Source: Malacoraja senta
Taxonomy: Eukaryota
Direction: 5' to 3'
DNA length: 64,000 bases
Assembly: GCA_038087875.1 (NCBI GenBank)
Contig: JAXLNO010001064.1
Span: 124,001-188,000 of the forward strand
The position numbers and the translations under genes are program-made. This document shows, in pieces, positions 49,876 to 62,788 of the stretch (the stretch's first letter is position 1; each line of letters begins with the position of its first letter). The notes under the pieces were generated by a model that worked only from the letters and a program-made list of their open reading frames with translations, made no database searches and was not told the origin of the DNA.

Positions 49876-52085
49876 ACACTCCCATAACTATGGAGGTAGG
49901 TGGGTCTGGTTCCTACCAACATATAAAAAGTGGGGGGACTGTACTAACAGGGGGGAGATTACGCCTGTTCATTGACGCATGGAGGTGTCTCACGAATGAT
50001 AGTTATATACTTAACAGTATTCGGGGATACAAAATAGAGTTCATTCAAGAAAACATGCCACCAGTTCAGCACGTACCCCAAAAGGTCTTTACCATCTCAG
50101 TCAAAGAGAAACTAGAGGCTCAAGCAGAACTGGTGAGGTTACTTACAAAGGGTGTTATTGAGAAATCCAAACATGAACCTTTGGAATTTGTCTCAAATAT
50201 ATTTACAAAAAGCAAAAAAGATGGTGGATGTCGCATCATCCTTGACTTAACCTCCCTAAATACCTTTGTTAAGTATGTACATTTCAAAATGGAAACATTT
50301 GTAACTGCCAAACAACTGATTTCAAAAGGATACTTTATGGCAAGCATTGATTTAAAAGATGCCTACTATTCAGTACCCATTCATAAGGGTCATCGGAGAT
50401 ACCTAAAATTTACCTGGATGGGGCAACTATGGCAGTATAAAATGTGGCCTAATGGGTTAACATCAGCCCCAAGACTATTTACCAAGATATTAAAACCAGC
50501 CTTGGCAACATTAAGAAAACAAAGACATATTGTCATGGCATACCTTGATGATATACTAATAGTAGGCAAAACCATGGAGTTGGCTAAATCAGCTGTATTA
50601 GCTACCAAACAATTGTTTGAAACCCTGGAGTTTGTCATATATCCAGATAAATCTAAGTTGACGCCATCCACAACTATGGACTATCTGGGATTCACAATTA
50701 ACTCAGTCCACATGTCTGTAATCCTGGTGGCCTGAACATTGAATTCTCCCAATTCTGCTAGCCCTTGCTGTCCCCTCCCCTTCATCAGCCATCTGGTTGT
50801 CTCCTCCCCTCCCCCAGCCCTCCGGCTCCTCCTCCGCCTTTTTCCTTTTTTCCTTTCTTCTCCCCACCCCCTATCAGTCTGAAGAAGGGTTTCGGCCCGA
50901 AACGTTACCTATTTCCTTCGCTCCATAGATGCTGCTGCACCCGCTGAGTTTCTCCAGCATTTTTGTGTACCACATGTCTGTAACGTTGCCAAAAGGTAAA
51001 GCAGCACAATTGGCACAGACGTGCAACAATTTAATGGTTAGCAATCGACCAACCATCCGACAAGTGGCAAGAGTAATTGGCAAAATGGTAGCAGCATTTC
51101 CAGCTACACAATTTGGGCCCCTGCACTATCAAAACCTACAAAGGGCAAAAGTACAGGCGTTGAAACGACATGCAGGTCACTTTGACCGAACCATGAAATT
51201 ACCCATTGAAGCAATATCAGAGTTACAGTGGTGGATAGAACACATTTGGCATAGTTCCAGCCCTATCATCATCAATAACCCAACGTTAATTATACAAACA
51301 GATGCCAGTGCTCAAGGCTGGGGAGCGACTAATACCATATCCAGCACAGGTGGTAGATGGACTAACCTAGAATCATTTTTACTACAAACACTGGGCATAA
51401 ATTACTTGGAAATGTTGGGTGCGTTTTATGGTTTAAAAGCGTATTCTATCGATATGCACCATTTGCATGTTCGTTTACAAATTGATAATACCACGGTGGT
51501 GGCCTATATTAACCATATGGGCGGAATAAAATCGATATCATGTGACAATTTGGTCAACCAAATCTGGCAATGGTGTGTCGATAGACATATTTGTCTATCA
51601 GCAACTTATCTACCAGGTAAGCTAAATACAGTGGCAGACACCAGGTCACGCAAATTCAATGATAACATCGAATGGATGTTACATCCTAGAGCTTTTGCAA
51701 AAATTATAAAGCAATATGGCACACCAGATATCGATCTCTTTGCCTCCCGGCTAAATCACCAGGTACCAATGTATGTCGCTTGGGAACCAGACCCTGAGGC
51801 AGTAGCGATAGATGCATTCGCGCTGAACTGGGGAAACTATTTCTTTTATGCTTTCCCCCCTTCTGCCTCATCAGTAGGGTACTACGCAAAATACAGCTGG
51901 ACTCTGCGTCAGGTATTTTGATAGTACCCGACTGGCCTACACAGCCATGGTTCCCAGTGGTCCTTGACATGGTCATTGAACCTCCTATGACCTTCCCCAG
52001 TAGCCCAGACCTATTGACTCACCCTGTATCAAGCATAAGTCATCCATGCCATGATAAAATTACCCTACTGGGTTGCAGGTTATGA
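49803..52085 (+). pseudogene. DIRS pol: RT (YLDD), RNase H and N6-adenine methyltransferase-like domain; interrupted
   Basis: IDLKDAYYSVPI...AYLDDILI; TDASAQGWGA...INYLEM...IDNTTVVAYIN; DLFASRLN...FYAFPP. 262-nt insertion at 50722-50983 and a -1 in the C-run at 51855-51860. Confidence 0.92.
50722..50983 (+). mobile_element. Penelope 3-prime fragment with 14-bp TSD and minimal hammerhead motif, inserted in DIRS pol
   Basis: CCACATGTCTGTAA at 50708-50721 and 50970-50983; CTGAAGA-a-GGGT-ttcg-GCCC-GAAA-CGTT at 50879-50906. Confidence 0.88.
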
Positions 52086-53060
52086 AAAGACCACTGCTGG
52101 GCCTGGGGTTGTCTGACAGGACCATCAACACGATGACAGCGTCCCACCGTATGTCCACCAGGAAACAATACCTGTCGAGCATCAGGAAGTGGGAAACATA
52201 CTGCTCGACTACTGGGACAACGTACTCATCTGCAACCATAACCAATGTACTGGAGTTCCTGGCTGGCCTTCACCATAATGAAGGATTGAGCTACAGCGCC
52301 ATCAATACGGCCAGAAGTGCTCTGTCAGCCTATTTAAAACCAATACCAGGACAACAGGCTATAGGGTCTCACCCGCTGGTGATTAAACTCATGAGGGGTA
52401 TATTCAACTCTAACCTTCCTAGACCTAGATACACCCGAATCTGGGATGTCAGTGTGGTCCTGACATACTTAAGGGGATGGTCACCAGCCAGGTCCCTCAC
52501 TCTGTAACAGCTAACCCTGAAAACGGTCATGCTGATGGCACTAGTCTCAGCACAAAGAGTCCAGTCCCTCTACTTACTGCGACTGGACAACATGGTTATA
52601 ACACCTGACCGGGTATCATTCACAATTCAGGAGCTGGTAAAGCAGAGCAGGCCAGGAACTTCAGGCCTAGTTATGGATTTCCGGGCATACCCACCTGACA
52701 GGCGGTTGTGTGTCATGACTCACCTACTGACTTACATCGACACAACAAGCAATTCCCGAGGGAGAGAAAAAGCCTTATGGGTCAGCCACAAACAACCACA
52801 TGGTCGGGTGTCGAGCTAAACCATCTCCAGGTGGCTAAAGCAGGTACTGGGGGGCTGCTGGAGTGGACACTGACGTATATACATCTCACTCCACTAGGGC
52901 AGCATCCACATCGGCGGCTAAAAGGATGGACGTACCACTGAACCACATCCTGGCTACAGCGGGGTGGTCCACGGAGAAAACGTTCCAAACGTTCTACAAT
53001 AAGCCGCTAGCACAACCTGTGTTATTTGCAGACAGAATTTTAGAATCTACAAATATATAA
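52082..53060 (+). pseudogene. DIRS tyrosine recombinase with two in-frame stops and one frameshift
   Basis: SAQR...HSTRAAS...AGWS...FQTFY catalytic residues; TAA at 52505 and 52817; extra G near 52850. Confidence 0.9.
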
Positions 53061-53869
53061 TTTAAGCCCGGGGGAGCATTTTGTCTTTTGTTATTGTTTA
53101 ATAAATACCATTATTGTTTACAAACAGATTTATGGTTCATTACGATAATATACTTCCTCCCTTGAAACACTTCGGCAGCGAGTGAAGTATGAACTGTTAC
53201 ACGGTTTGAAATCACAGAGCTTTGAAGTCTTCACGTAGTCACTCACGTGACTCTGAAGTAAAATAGTAAGATTAAACGAGAACTTACCAGTTTGAAGTTT
53301 GATCTGTATTTTATGAGGAGTTACGATGAGGGATTACGTGCCCTCCGCTCCCACCCTCAAATATAGAGATCAACAGGTATCTTAGTTCTCCTTTTCTTTA
53401 CTATGTTTATTTCAATTGTTGTGTTCCCTGTGATTCCACACCGCTGCTTTGAAGAATGTCGCGCATGTGTGCTGAACGGGCTCTTCACGTAATCCCTCAT
53501 CGTAACTCCTCATAAAATACAGATCAAACTTCAAACTGGTAAGTTCTCGTTTAATCTTACTATTAATTTTTCCCAACATTACCAGATTCAGAATTGATGA
53601 TGTGTTTCTCTCCAACTTACTTTCAAATGTGTTGTGCTGACTCCTGTTAATGGGTACATTATTTAGTTTGCTTATTTTGATGTACTTTTGGATTGTCATA
53701 GGTTAACTGGATATTAATCCAAGACTCTTTGAGATTAATAATCCAGAAGCACAGGTTTAAATCCTATTTGATAATCCGAGAATTTGGATTCAGATCAGGA
53801 AAAATATTGTGAATAAAATGGTGGTGCAATGATGGGAATGAGTGACAGAAGTCAAATTACATGGATAGA

Positions 53870-54063
53870 TCATGTGTTACATGGACAGGATGCCCAAGAA
53901 GATGGTGATGGAGAATATGAAGCACAGGATGAGCATGGATTTGAGTTACGGTATGGATTCCACGATAGAGCCATTGCTGGACAGAACATGGGTGGGAAGG
54001 TCACAGGAGACCATGAATGAGGTAAGGCCAACATGTGGAGGTATCTAGCAGAGTTGAAAATAT
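53870..54063 (-). CDS. Speculative terminal cytoplasmic exon of copy B (Ser/Pro/Cys-rich, ends WASCPCNT)
   Basis: tttgtccactctccAG acceptor, open in the phase-1 frame required by the TM donor for 64 codons including the stop. No homology support. Confidence 0.2.
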
Positions 54064-54676
54064 CTGGAGAGTGGACAAATGCATCTTTGCACTGCAGAGT
54101 TTTCACAAGTCAAGATGACAAGTAAAGGAGCAACTGAATTTATAATTGTACATACAGTTAATATATTCAATGTGTAATTTTATATTTCTAATGATCAGTT
54201 ATTGAAATGGTTTATTTTTTTAATGGAAAAAAATGTTGATTTATATAAATATAAGGGAAGCTTTAAGAACTGAGTATTCCATGTGTCAGTGACCTTGATG
54301 AACTGTTGTACTAGCCCGATACCCGTCTGATCAGTTTGTTCAACAACACAGAATAAACGCTCAGGCACAACCCCAAATTTGAACACACAGTTGAGCCTAA
54401 CACTCTGTTGTCATGTGGGATTGCTGCAGCATTGGCCTCACCAGATTAAAGATTATTTGTTAAACTGAGGCACCTTCTGGCCTCTTGGGACACAATAGAT
54501 GTTGGAATGTGAATCACCAAAGTGCAGTGGAGATACCTTTGTCTCCTGGTTTCCTGGCCAATATTCATGCCTCAGTAAATAGGAACATGTTGAGGGCAAA
54601 TTGGAGACCATATTTTCTACATGACTACAATAGCTATACTTCAACTTCTGGCATGTTTATTTGATAATGGTTTACA

Positions 54677-54985
54677 TAGAAACATAGAAACATAAAAAAT
54701 AGGTGCAGGAGAAGGCCATTCGGCCCTTCGAGCCTGCACCTCCATTCAATATGATCATGGCTGATCATCCAACTCGGTATCCTGTACCTGCCTTCTCTCC
54801 ATACCCCCTGATCCCTTTAGCCACAAGGGCTAACCCCTTAAGAATTTTGTAAGTTTCTATAAGTCCCCCCTCAATCTTCTAAATTCTAGCGAGTACAAGC
54901 CGAGTCGATCCAGTCTTTCTTCATATGAAAGTCCTGACATCCCAGGAATCAGTCTGGTGAACCTTCTCTGTACTCCCTCTAGAGA
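54677..54985 (-). mobile_element. CR1 fragment present only in duplication arm 2
   Basis: Absent at the homologous site near 8663 in arm 1; flanked by TTTACA on both sides. Confidence 0.8.
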
Positions 54986-55280
54986 TTTACACAGGGGATG
55001 GTGACACAATCACCACATGGTCAGATCATTGCAGAACAGCACCTGAAATCATACAGCAGACTCCTCATGGCAATGCAGGTAGACAGGACAATCCACATTG
55101 CATAAATAATGCTTCAATTGACCACAAAAAGTCTGAAATCAATTTCTCAACAACATAAGCACAAACGGATACTTTTCTTATCCAAAATATATTGTTCTTT
55201 TCTCCTTGTAACAAAGATAACATTGTCATTGATAATTTGGGGAATCTGTGCTGCATTAAGGATGTCTTCATGTACTTTAC

Positions 55281-55385
55281 CTGTAGGCTTGTGCTTTCTT
55301 TGACAGAACTCCACTGCCAGTATAATGACGATGAGAACAGCCAGACCTCCGATAATTACAACAAATCTGAGGAAAGTATAATTCC
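55281..55385 (-). CDS. Copy B transmembrane exon with Arg and Glu
   Basis: Same splice sites as A; 105 nt. NYTFLRFVVIIGGLAVLIVIILAVEFCQRKHKPT. Confidence 0.88.
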
Positions 55386-56223
55386 CTGTCAAAATAATAA
55401 ACACAGAGTTCACATTTGTAGAATAAATGGACATCATGCAAAAGCTCCCCCAAAGACCAGGCATTAACCACACTGACTAATTTAGATCAGAAGTCTTGAG
55501 TTTAACTTGTGATCCAGATTCACTGAGACACAAGGTACTGCAGATGAGAGTTTACCAATAAAAGACACAAAGTGTTGGAGAAACTCAGCAGGTTAGGCAG
55601 GTGACATTTCGGGTCGCAGCCCTTTAGCCTGAAGTAGGGTCAAGACCCAAAACGTCACCTATCCATGTTCTCCAGAGATTCCGCCTGACCCGTTGAGTTA
55701 CTCCAGCACATTGTGTCTTTTTTTCCAGATTAATTGACCTTACTCAGAAAGATTAGAGAGCCACAACTTGCCTCAGTAGCCATCAGTTAGAGACTGTAAA
55801 CATTCACACACGTTTCTATTTCTTCGTTACAATCAGCTGACATTTCTCAGGCAGGAGATGGGAGCTGATGGTTGGTTGATAAAGTAGCTGATTCAGCTGT
55901 GATACTTCCCACTGTACAGTGGACAAATGTCTATCATAGTCTAAGCCTGGAACAATGGTTGAATGAGCACTGCTGACAACAGAGTGGATATTGCCCTCCA
56001 GCTTCAATCCTCTCTAACCAGGAGCACAAGAATGGTAAACGTTAGAAATACTCAGCCGTTTGAGCAGTATCTGTGGAAAGGGAAAGAAGTAAGTTCATGT
56101 TTTATGATGGAAAAAACGTTGGCAGATTCAAAGAAAGGATCTTTGACAATAGACAATAGGTGCAGGAGTAGGCCATTCAGCCCCTCGAGCCAGCACCTAC
56201 ATTTAATGCGATCATGGCTGGAC

Positions 56224-56999
56224 TCAAGATTCAAGATTCAAGAGAGTTTATTGTCATGTGTCCCAGTTAGGACAATGAAATTCTTGCTTTGCTTCAGCAC
56301 AACAGAATATAGACGGCATGAATACAGAACAGATCAGTGTGTCCATATACCATTGTATAAATATATACACACATGAATAAATAAAACAGATAAAGTGCAA
56401 TAAACAGATAATGGGCTATTAATGTTCAGAGTTTTGTTTGAGTTGAGTTTCATAGCCTGATGACTGTGGGGAAGTAGCTATTCCTGAACCTGGATGTTGC
56501 AGTCTTCAGGCTCCTGTACCTTCTACCTGAAGGTAGCGGGGAGATGAGTGTGTGGCTAGGATGATGTGGGTCCTTAATGATGCTGCCAGCCTTTTTGAGG
56601 CAGCGACTGCGATAGATCCCCTCGATGGTGGGGAGGTCAGAGCCGATGATGGACTGGGCAGTGATAACAACTTTTTGTAGTCTTTTTCCCTCCTGGGCGC
56701 TCAAGTTGCCGAACCAAGCGACGATGCAACCGGTCAGCTTGCTCTCTACTGTGCACCTGTAAAAGTTCGAGAGAGTCCTCCTTGACATACCAACTCTCCG
56801 TAATCTTCTCAGGAATTAGAGGCGCTGATGTGCTTTCTTTATAATAGCATCAGTGTTCTCGGACCAGGAGAGACCTTCAGAGATGTGCACGCCCAGGAAT
56901 TTGAAGCTCTTGACCATTTCCACCATCAACCCGTTGATATAAACGGGACTGTGGGTCCCCATCCTACCCCTTCCAAAGTCCACAATCAGGTCCTTGGTT
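56224..56999 (-). mobile_element. Rex1/Babar-type LINE fragment present only in arm 2
   Basis: Arm 1 reads GAGGAACAA|GTCCAGCC uninterrupted near 7437; LPSGRRYRSLKTATSRFRNSYFP and (TCTTGAA)n tail. Confidence 0.88.
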
Positions 57000-59816
57000 T
57001 TGTTCCTCTTTCACAGTTGTTCTTCTTTCACAGTTCCTATCTGTCCTGATTATTATCATTATTTTTCATTCGGATTTTCAACTCCTAAAATTAATTTTGG
57101 TCTTCAAGTAATAAAACTGTACTGTGCATGTGACCATTGCATACTGATGTCAATGAGGTTGAACACATTATTATTGCAATCCTAATGAGCACATCTTCAT
57201 GTGTTTTTAGTGTAAAATTGGAGATGGTTGATCCATGCATTAATTCCACACACCAACTAATCTATTCACTCACTGATTGATATCTCCTGCCCTTTAAGGA
57301 CAACTCAACACCCAAAAGCATCAGTCTGCAATGAGGCCAAAGGATGGAGAGGCTGGTGTGCGCGACCCTTGTAAAATAAAGTTCAACTTCAGTTCTGCTC
57401 CATAGTGAGACTGTGCTACATGAGCGTACATGGGGAGGCTTCTGCTCAGCCGGGAGCACAGATTTCCAAATGAGGAGGTGGGGACACCACAGTGGGAGTG
57501 GGTGTGGGTGGGGGTGGCCTTTCCCTTGGTGCAGCGGCTGACGGAGCAGGGCTTTACTGGCACTGAGGCACAGGCAGAGGACAACCAAAGTCTTCATTCC
57601 TCGGTGGACTCTCAGCCGACTGTAGTCAGAGCCCTGTTGTCCTCTCCCAGGGTGAGACTGCTGCTCGCCAGGAGTAAGGATTAATAACACCAACCTATAG
57701 CACACAGTGACCATCGGGGAGCAGGTTGCTGTGTTCAGTCAAATAATCACATCCGATGGTGCATTGAATCAGTTGAATCGGCAAATCAAACTGTAAACAT
57801 GTAACAAAGAGATGACACAATGAAGGTGGCACGGTGGGGCAGCGGGAGCGTTGCTGCCTTACAGTTAATGCAGCGCCGGAGATCTGGGCTCGGTGCTGTC
57901 TGTACGGAGTTTGTACTTTCTCCCCGGGACCTGCATGGGTTTTCTCCGAGATCCTCGGTTTCCTTCCACATTCCAAAGACATACAGGTTTGTAGGTTAAT
58001 TGGCTTGGTAAATGTAAGAATTGTCCCTAGTGGGTGTAGGATAGTGTTAGTATGCGGGGATCGCTGGTTGGTGAGGACCCGGTGGGCTGAAGGGCCTGTT
58101 TCCGCGCTGTATCTCTAAACTAAACTAAACAGTAAACATGGTTGGTATAATTGAGATTCTTTTTATGGCTGTTCTCTGTCCAGTTATTACCATGGCACAC
58201 TGAAGAGAGAGTTTGAAGACAAGAGTCAATAATGCTCTTTCATCACATCAATGGCATCATTGTTCATTTATGCATCATTTATTCAGACTGAACAGAATGG
58301 ATTGTGGAAGGATGCTCCCTTCAGTGGAAAGGCTGAGCACAAAAGGTTATAGGTTTAAAATAAAGGGGAAAACATTTTAGAATGACTTGAGGAAAATCTT
58401 TTTGGGCAGCAGGTAGTTGGAGTCTGAGGTGTACTGTCTGCATCAGTTAGGGAGCTGGGTTCTATCGTGGCTTTCCAGAGAGAATTGGACAAATATATAG
58501 TGATGAAAAAGCTGCAATGTAATGGCAAAAGGAGAGGGGGTAGAATTAGCGAGTTGCTCTGGATGAGAGTTAGCATGGATATGATGGGTCAAATGGCCAC
58601 CTTCTGTGCTACAACCATTCCACAATTCTATGATTGGATGATGTCATTATCTGTGAGGAATTAAAGTGTTCGTGTTGGGACATTGATACTTTCCACTTTG
58701 TGCTTCACTGACTCTTCATTGATCTATGTGTGGTGGAGATTGTTTCTTTGTGCCTGGATGTTTACAGGATCTTCCTCTGTTAGGGATCAGTGCTTTGCCT
58801 TCTGTCAGCATTGTACAACCTGTCTTTCACCGAGGCTTGGGGCCACATGAAGGGCAGGGATTAATGGATGGGTGGGATTGGGAGGAAAGGGCGTGTTTAG
58901 TTTAGTTTAGAGATACAGCATGGAAACAGGCCCTTCGGCTCGCCGAGTCCGCACCAACCAGCGATTCCCACAGACTAACACTATCCTACACACACCACGG
59001 ACAACATACAATTTAAACCAAGCCTATTACCCTACAGACTTGTACATCTTTGGAATTTGGGAGAAATCCGGAAATCCTGGAGAAAACCCACACAGGGCAC
59101 GGGATGAAGGTACAAACTCCATACAGACAGCACCTGTAGTCAGGATTGAACCCGGGTCCCCGGCGCTGTAAGGCAGCAACCCTACCACTGAGCCACCATG
59201 GTCAGACAAGGTGAAGACATCAGTATTCCCTCCCCCACATCTTCTGTTCTCACATGGCAGCCTTTGGTGAAGTTACTGTGGATGCTTCAACCACTGTAAT
59301 GTTTTACAGCATTAGAACAGGGGAAAGAAACTTGTACAACTATTTTTAAGATGATTTTCACTACTTTTGTGATCTTTAAGTGGCACAGTTTGGGTGTTAT
59401 AGCAAAGATCTTCCACCAAGCTGCCCACCTTACTATACTGACCTCTGACAAAAAGGTTCATAGTGACACACTGGTTTTCATACTACTGGACCAGTTTTCA
59501 TACCTCTGGAGACACTTATTAACAAGGACAGACATTGATGATGAATTTCCCGATCACCTTCAATGAGATGGCCAAGACAGGTCTTGGTCAGTGGTCTGCC
59601 AGCAGTAGTGATCCATGTGCTCCCATGTGCTTCAGAGACCTGGACTACTTACAATAGAAGTGACCTTATAGGCATGGACAAGAGGTTTGAAGGAAATGTC
59701 TATGATTGAGCTCTACTTGCAATAAGACATGGAATGTTAAAAGTTATCCAAAAAGAATAGCAATGTGACAAGAACTCTGTGTCGAGATAACGAAGAGCAG
59801 AAGCTAAGAAACTTAC

Positions 59817-60078
59817 TGTTCACCTGCAGATTATATGGAATGAAAACCTTGGCTGTACTTTGATGAAACAAACCACATGTCCATTTCCTTCTTACTCCAT
59901 CAGCTATTGCTATAATAAGCTGCAAAGAATTGTCCTCCTGCTGTGTTTGCATGAGATTTTTCTCCTCAACAACTTTGCCTTCATCATTGATCCAAACCAG
60001 ACTCAGTGACATGAGACACAGAGCAGGTCAGGGTAATGTTTCTTCCCTCAGTCACTGCGCCAGATGGTTCAGTTGTGA
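59817..60078 (-). pseudogene. Copy B exon, Ig domain D4 with an 8-nt deletion
   Basis: 262 nt (270 minus 8). TTCAATGA of copy A is missing near 60003, giving ...TCSVSHVTESGLDQ-TGA (59984-59986). The downstream frame keeps LVWINDE...RRKWTC. Confidence 0.88.
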
Positions 60079-60812
60079 CTGTGGAAAGAAGAAAATCGTA
60101 AAACAATGAATTTTGTCTCGATTGTGTTGTGTTTTTCTCAGTACTTTGACACCAATATATGGCGTTCTAAGTGTGAAAAATTATATTACACAACAAGAGT
60201 TAGAGGCATAGTCATACAGCATGAAACAATTCGGTCCATTCAGCCCAACTCATCCATGCCGCCCAAGATGCTCCATCTAAAATATGTTCCCTCATTTGGC
60301 CCATATCCCTCTGCACCTTTCCCATCCATGTACCTCTCCAAGTGTCACTTGCATAATCATTCACAACAGTTTTGAACTAATTATACAAAGAGCAACCAAT
60401 GCCCACATCATTGTCTCTGGCCACAGTTTTGGCCACAACACTCATCCAGGTAAATATTAATCGATAAATTACACCAAATACACTCAGTTTTAAGCCTCCA
60501 GTGAGCCTTCAAAAATTAGGATGGGTCGTTTGGGGTCAAAGAAACTTGGGGAATGTGTTAAGAGAACTTGAATGATTTTTAAAATATTTTTGATGGAAGC
60601 TCATTTGCACCTATGTGAATCACATTTCATCATATTCCCTCTCTTATGTATAAAAAATGTGTTTTCAGCAAAATAAATGCAAATAACATTTGATGTGCTT
60701 CCCAATAATGTTGGTTTAGGGCAGATTTTGGGTTCAGCAAAATACAAATAAGTTGAAGAGGAAGCTCTGGAGGTAAAATAATTCTTGAAAGTAGTAACAT
60801 CCAGTCTCCTAC

Positions 60813-61151
60813 CTGTAACTGTGATTAGGTCAATGGTCACATATATGTTTGATCCTGTGGAACATGTGTAAACTCCAGCATCTGCAAACTGCACGGGGAC
60901 AATACTTACATGGAAATTCTTGCCATTCACATTTCCCTCTGTGGTTTCCAGTCGATTCCCAAAGTAGCTCCTGTCGACATGTATCGGCTCAGACCTGTGA
61001 GAAGAAGCTATTTCCTTCTCTTGATTCTGGAAACGTGGTGATCTCCAAGTCCATTTGGTTTCACTGAGCTCAGGAGAAGCTTCACAAATCAGGTCGAGTT
61101 CACTGTGATCTGTGACTGAGCGATAAACTGTGTACGTCTTGTTATGTAAAT
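60813..61151 (-). CDS. Copy B exon, Ig domain D3 (V-set)
   Basis: Homolog of 3264-3602; 339 nt, open. LDLICEAS...DAGVYTC (ORF 60601-61176). Confidence 0.92.
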
Positions 61152-62788
61152 CTGCAAGAGAGGGACAGGGAACCAAGAATTAGATTTCCACGCACGCCGA
61201 GATACAATGTTGTGAGTTTCCACAGGGACAAACCCCCGGCTCTGGGATGTCAGCTGGGACCCCTGGTTCTGAACTCGCCCAACATGGGGAACATTTTTCC
61301 TGCATCTAGCCTGACCAATCCCTTAATAATTTTATACGTTTCTATAAGATTCCCTCTCATCCTAAATTTCAGTGAATATAAACCCAGTCGATCCATTCTT
61401 TCATCATATGTCAGTCCGCCATTCCAGGAATTAACCTGGTGAACCTATGCTGCACTCCCTCGATAGCAAGAATGTCCTTTCTCAAACTAGGAGACCAAAA
61501 CTGCACACCATACTCCAGGTGTGGTCTCACCAGGGCCCCGTACAACTGCAGTACGATCTCTTTGCTCCTATACTCAAATCATCTCGCTATGAAGGCCAAC
61601 ATGCCATTTGCTTTCTCCATTGCCTGATGTATCTGCATGCTTACTTCAGCACGATGTCCAAGTCACCCTAATGATAAAGCTGGTGTCCTGTTCACATTGC
61701 AACAACCTGAAGCTCAGTGCTCTTAAGACAGTGGAATTGATTGTAGACTCAATCCTTCCCTCCTGATTGTAGATCTCCCCATCCCCGCCCCCAACTCATC
61801 TTCAACAACACCACAGTCACAACTGTGGAGTCATTTAATTTCTTCGGAATCATCATCTCCAGCGACCTTAAATGGGAGCCCACCATCGACTCCACAGTCA
61901 AAAAGTCCCAACAGAGGATGTACTTCCTGCGGCAGCTGAGGAAATACAACCTGCCACAGGCAATGATGGTCCAATTCTACACGGCCATCATAGAGTCTGT
62001 CCTCATCTTCTCCATCATGCTCTGGTTTGGCTCAGTCACCAAGCACGACACCTGGAGGCTGCAGCAAATCGTCCGATCAGCTGAGAAGGTTATTGGCTGC
62101 AACCTTCCCTCCATTGATGAACTGTACACTGCAAGGGCCAGGAAGCGAGCGGGCAAGATCATCTCTGACCCCTCTCACCCTGGCCACAAACTCTTTGAAT
62201 CACTTCCCTCTGGCAGGTGAGTCCTGACTGTCAAAGCTGCCACAGCCAGACATAAAAACAACTTCTTCCCACGAGCCGTAGCTCTACTCAACAGCCAAAT
62301 GTCGGTAGCCTCTTTTTACTCCGGTACTTTATTTTCACATGTTTAAATTATAATGTTTTATTTTTAATTGTCTGTTTTATATCGTGTTTTTACCATATGC
62401 GAGCAAAGCACTGTCAAATTGCTTGTATATGATTACGTGGACAATAAAATGTTATTCTGATTCTGATATTTCCTCTGCATTTATACTTGAATTAGTTCAT
62501 ATTTTCCTGTTCTGTTATACACTGAAAACTAGATGTTATTTCCATCACTGGATATTATCCCCTTTGATTCATGCAGGTGAACTGAAATGAATCCCTTGGT
62601 TCTCCTGTGTTGCTCCATCAATCTTAGTGCCACCATTTTATATTTACACCATGTCCCAGGGTAAAGGCAATGTCCACATCCTGCAGTGTGGAAGCCCACG
62701 GGTGGAGTCAGTGCTCACTATACAACATGTGGAACAGTTTGATATCAAGAACTATTTAATACCTGCTGCAAGGCAGCTTTGGACTCAC

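Larger units (their letters stand above)
48424..53562 (+). mobile_element. Full-length DIRS1-type tyrosine-recombinase retrotransposon (disabled)
   Basis: Left ITR 48424-48485, right ITR 53455-53562, ICR 53228-53340 complementary to both ends; gag, RT/RH/MT and YR ORFs in order. Confidence 0.96.
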
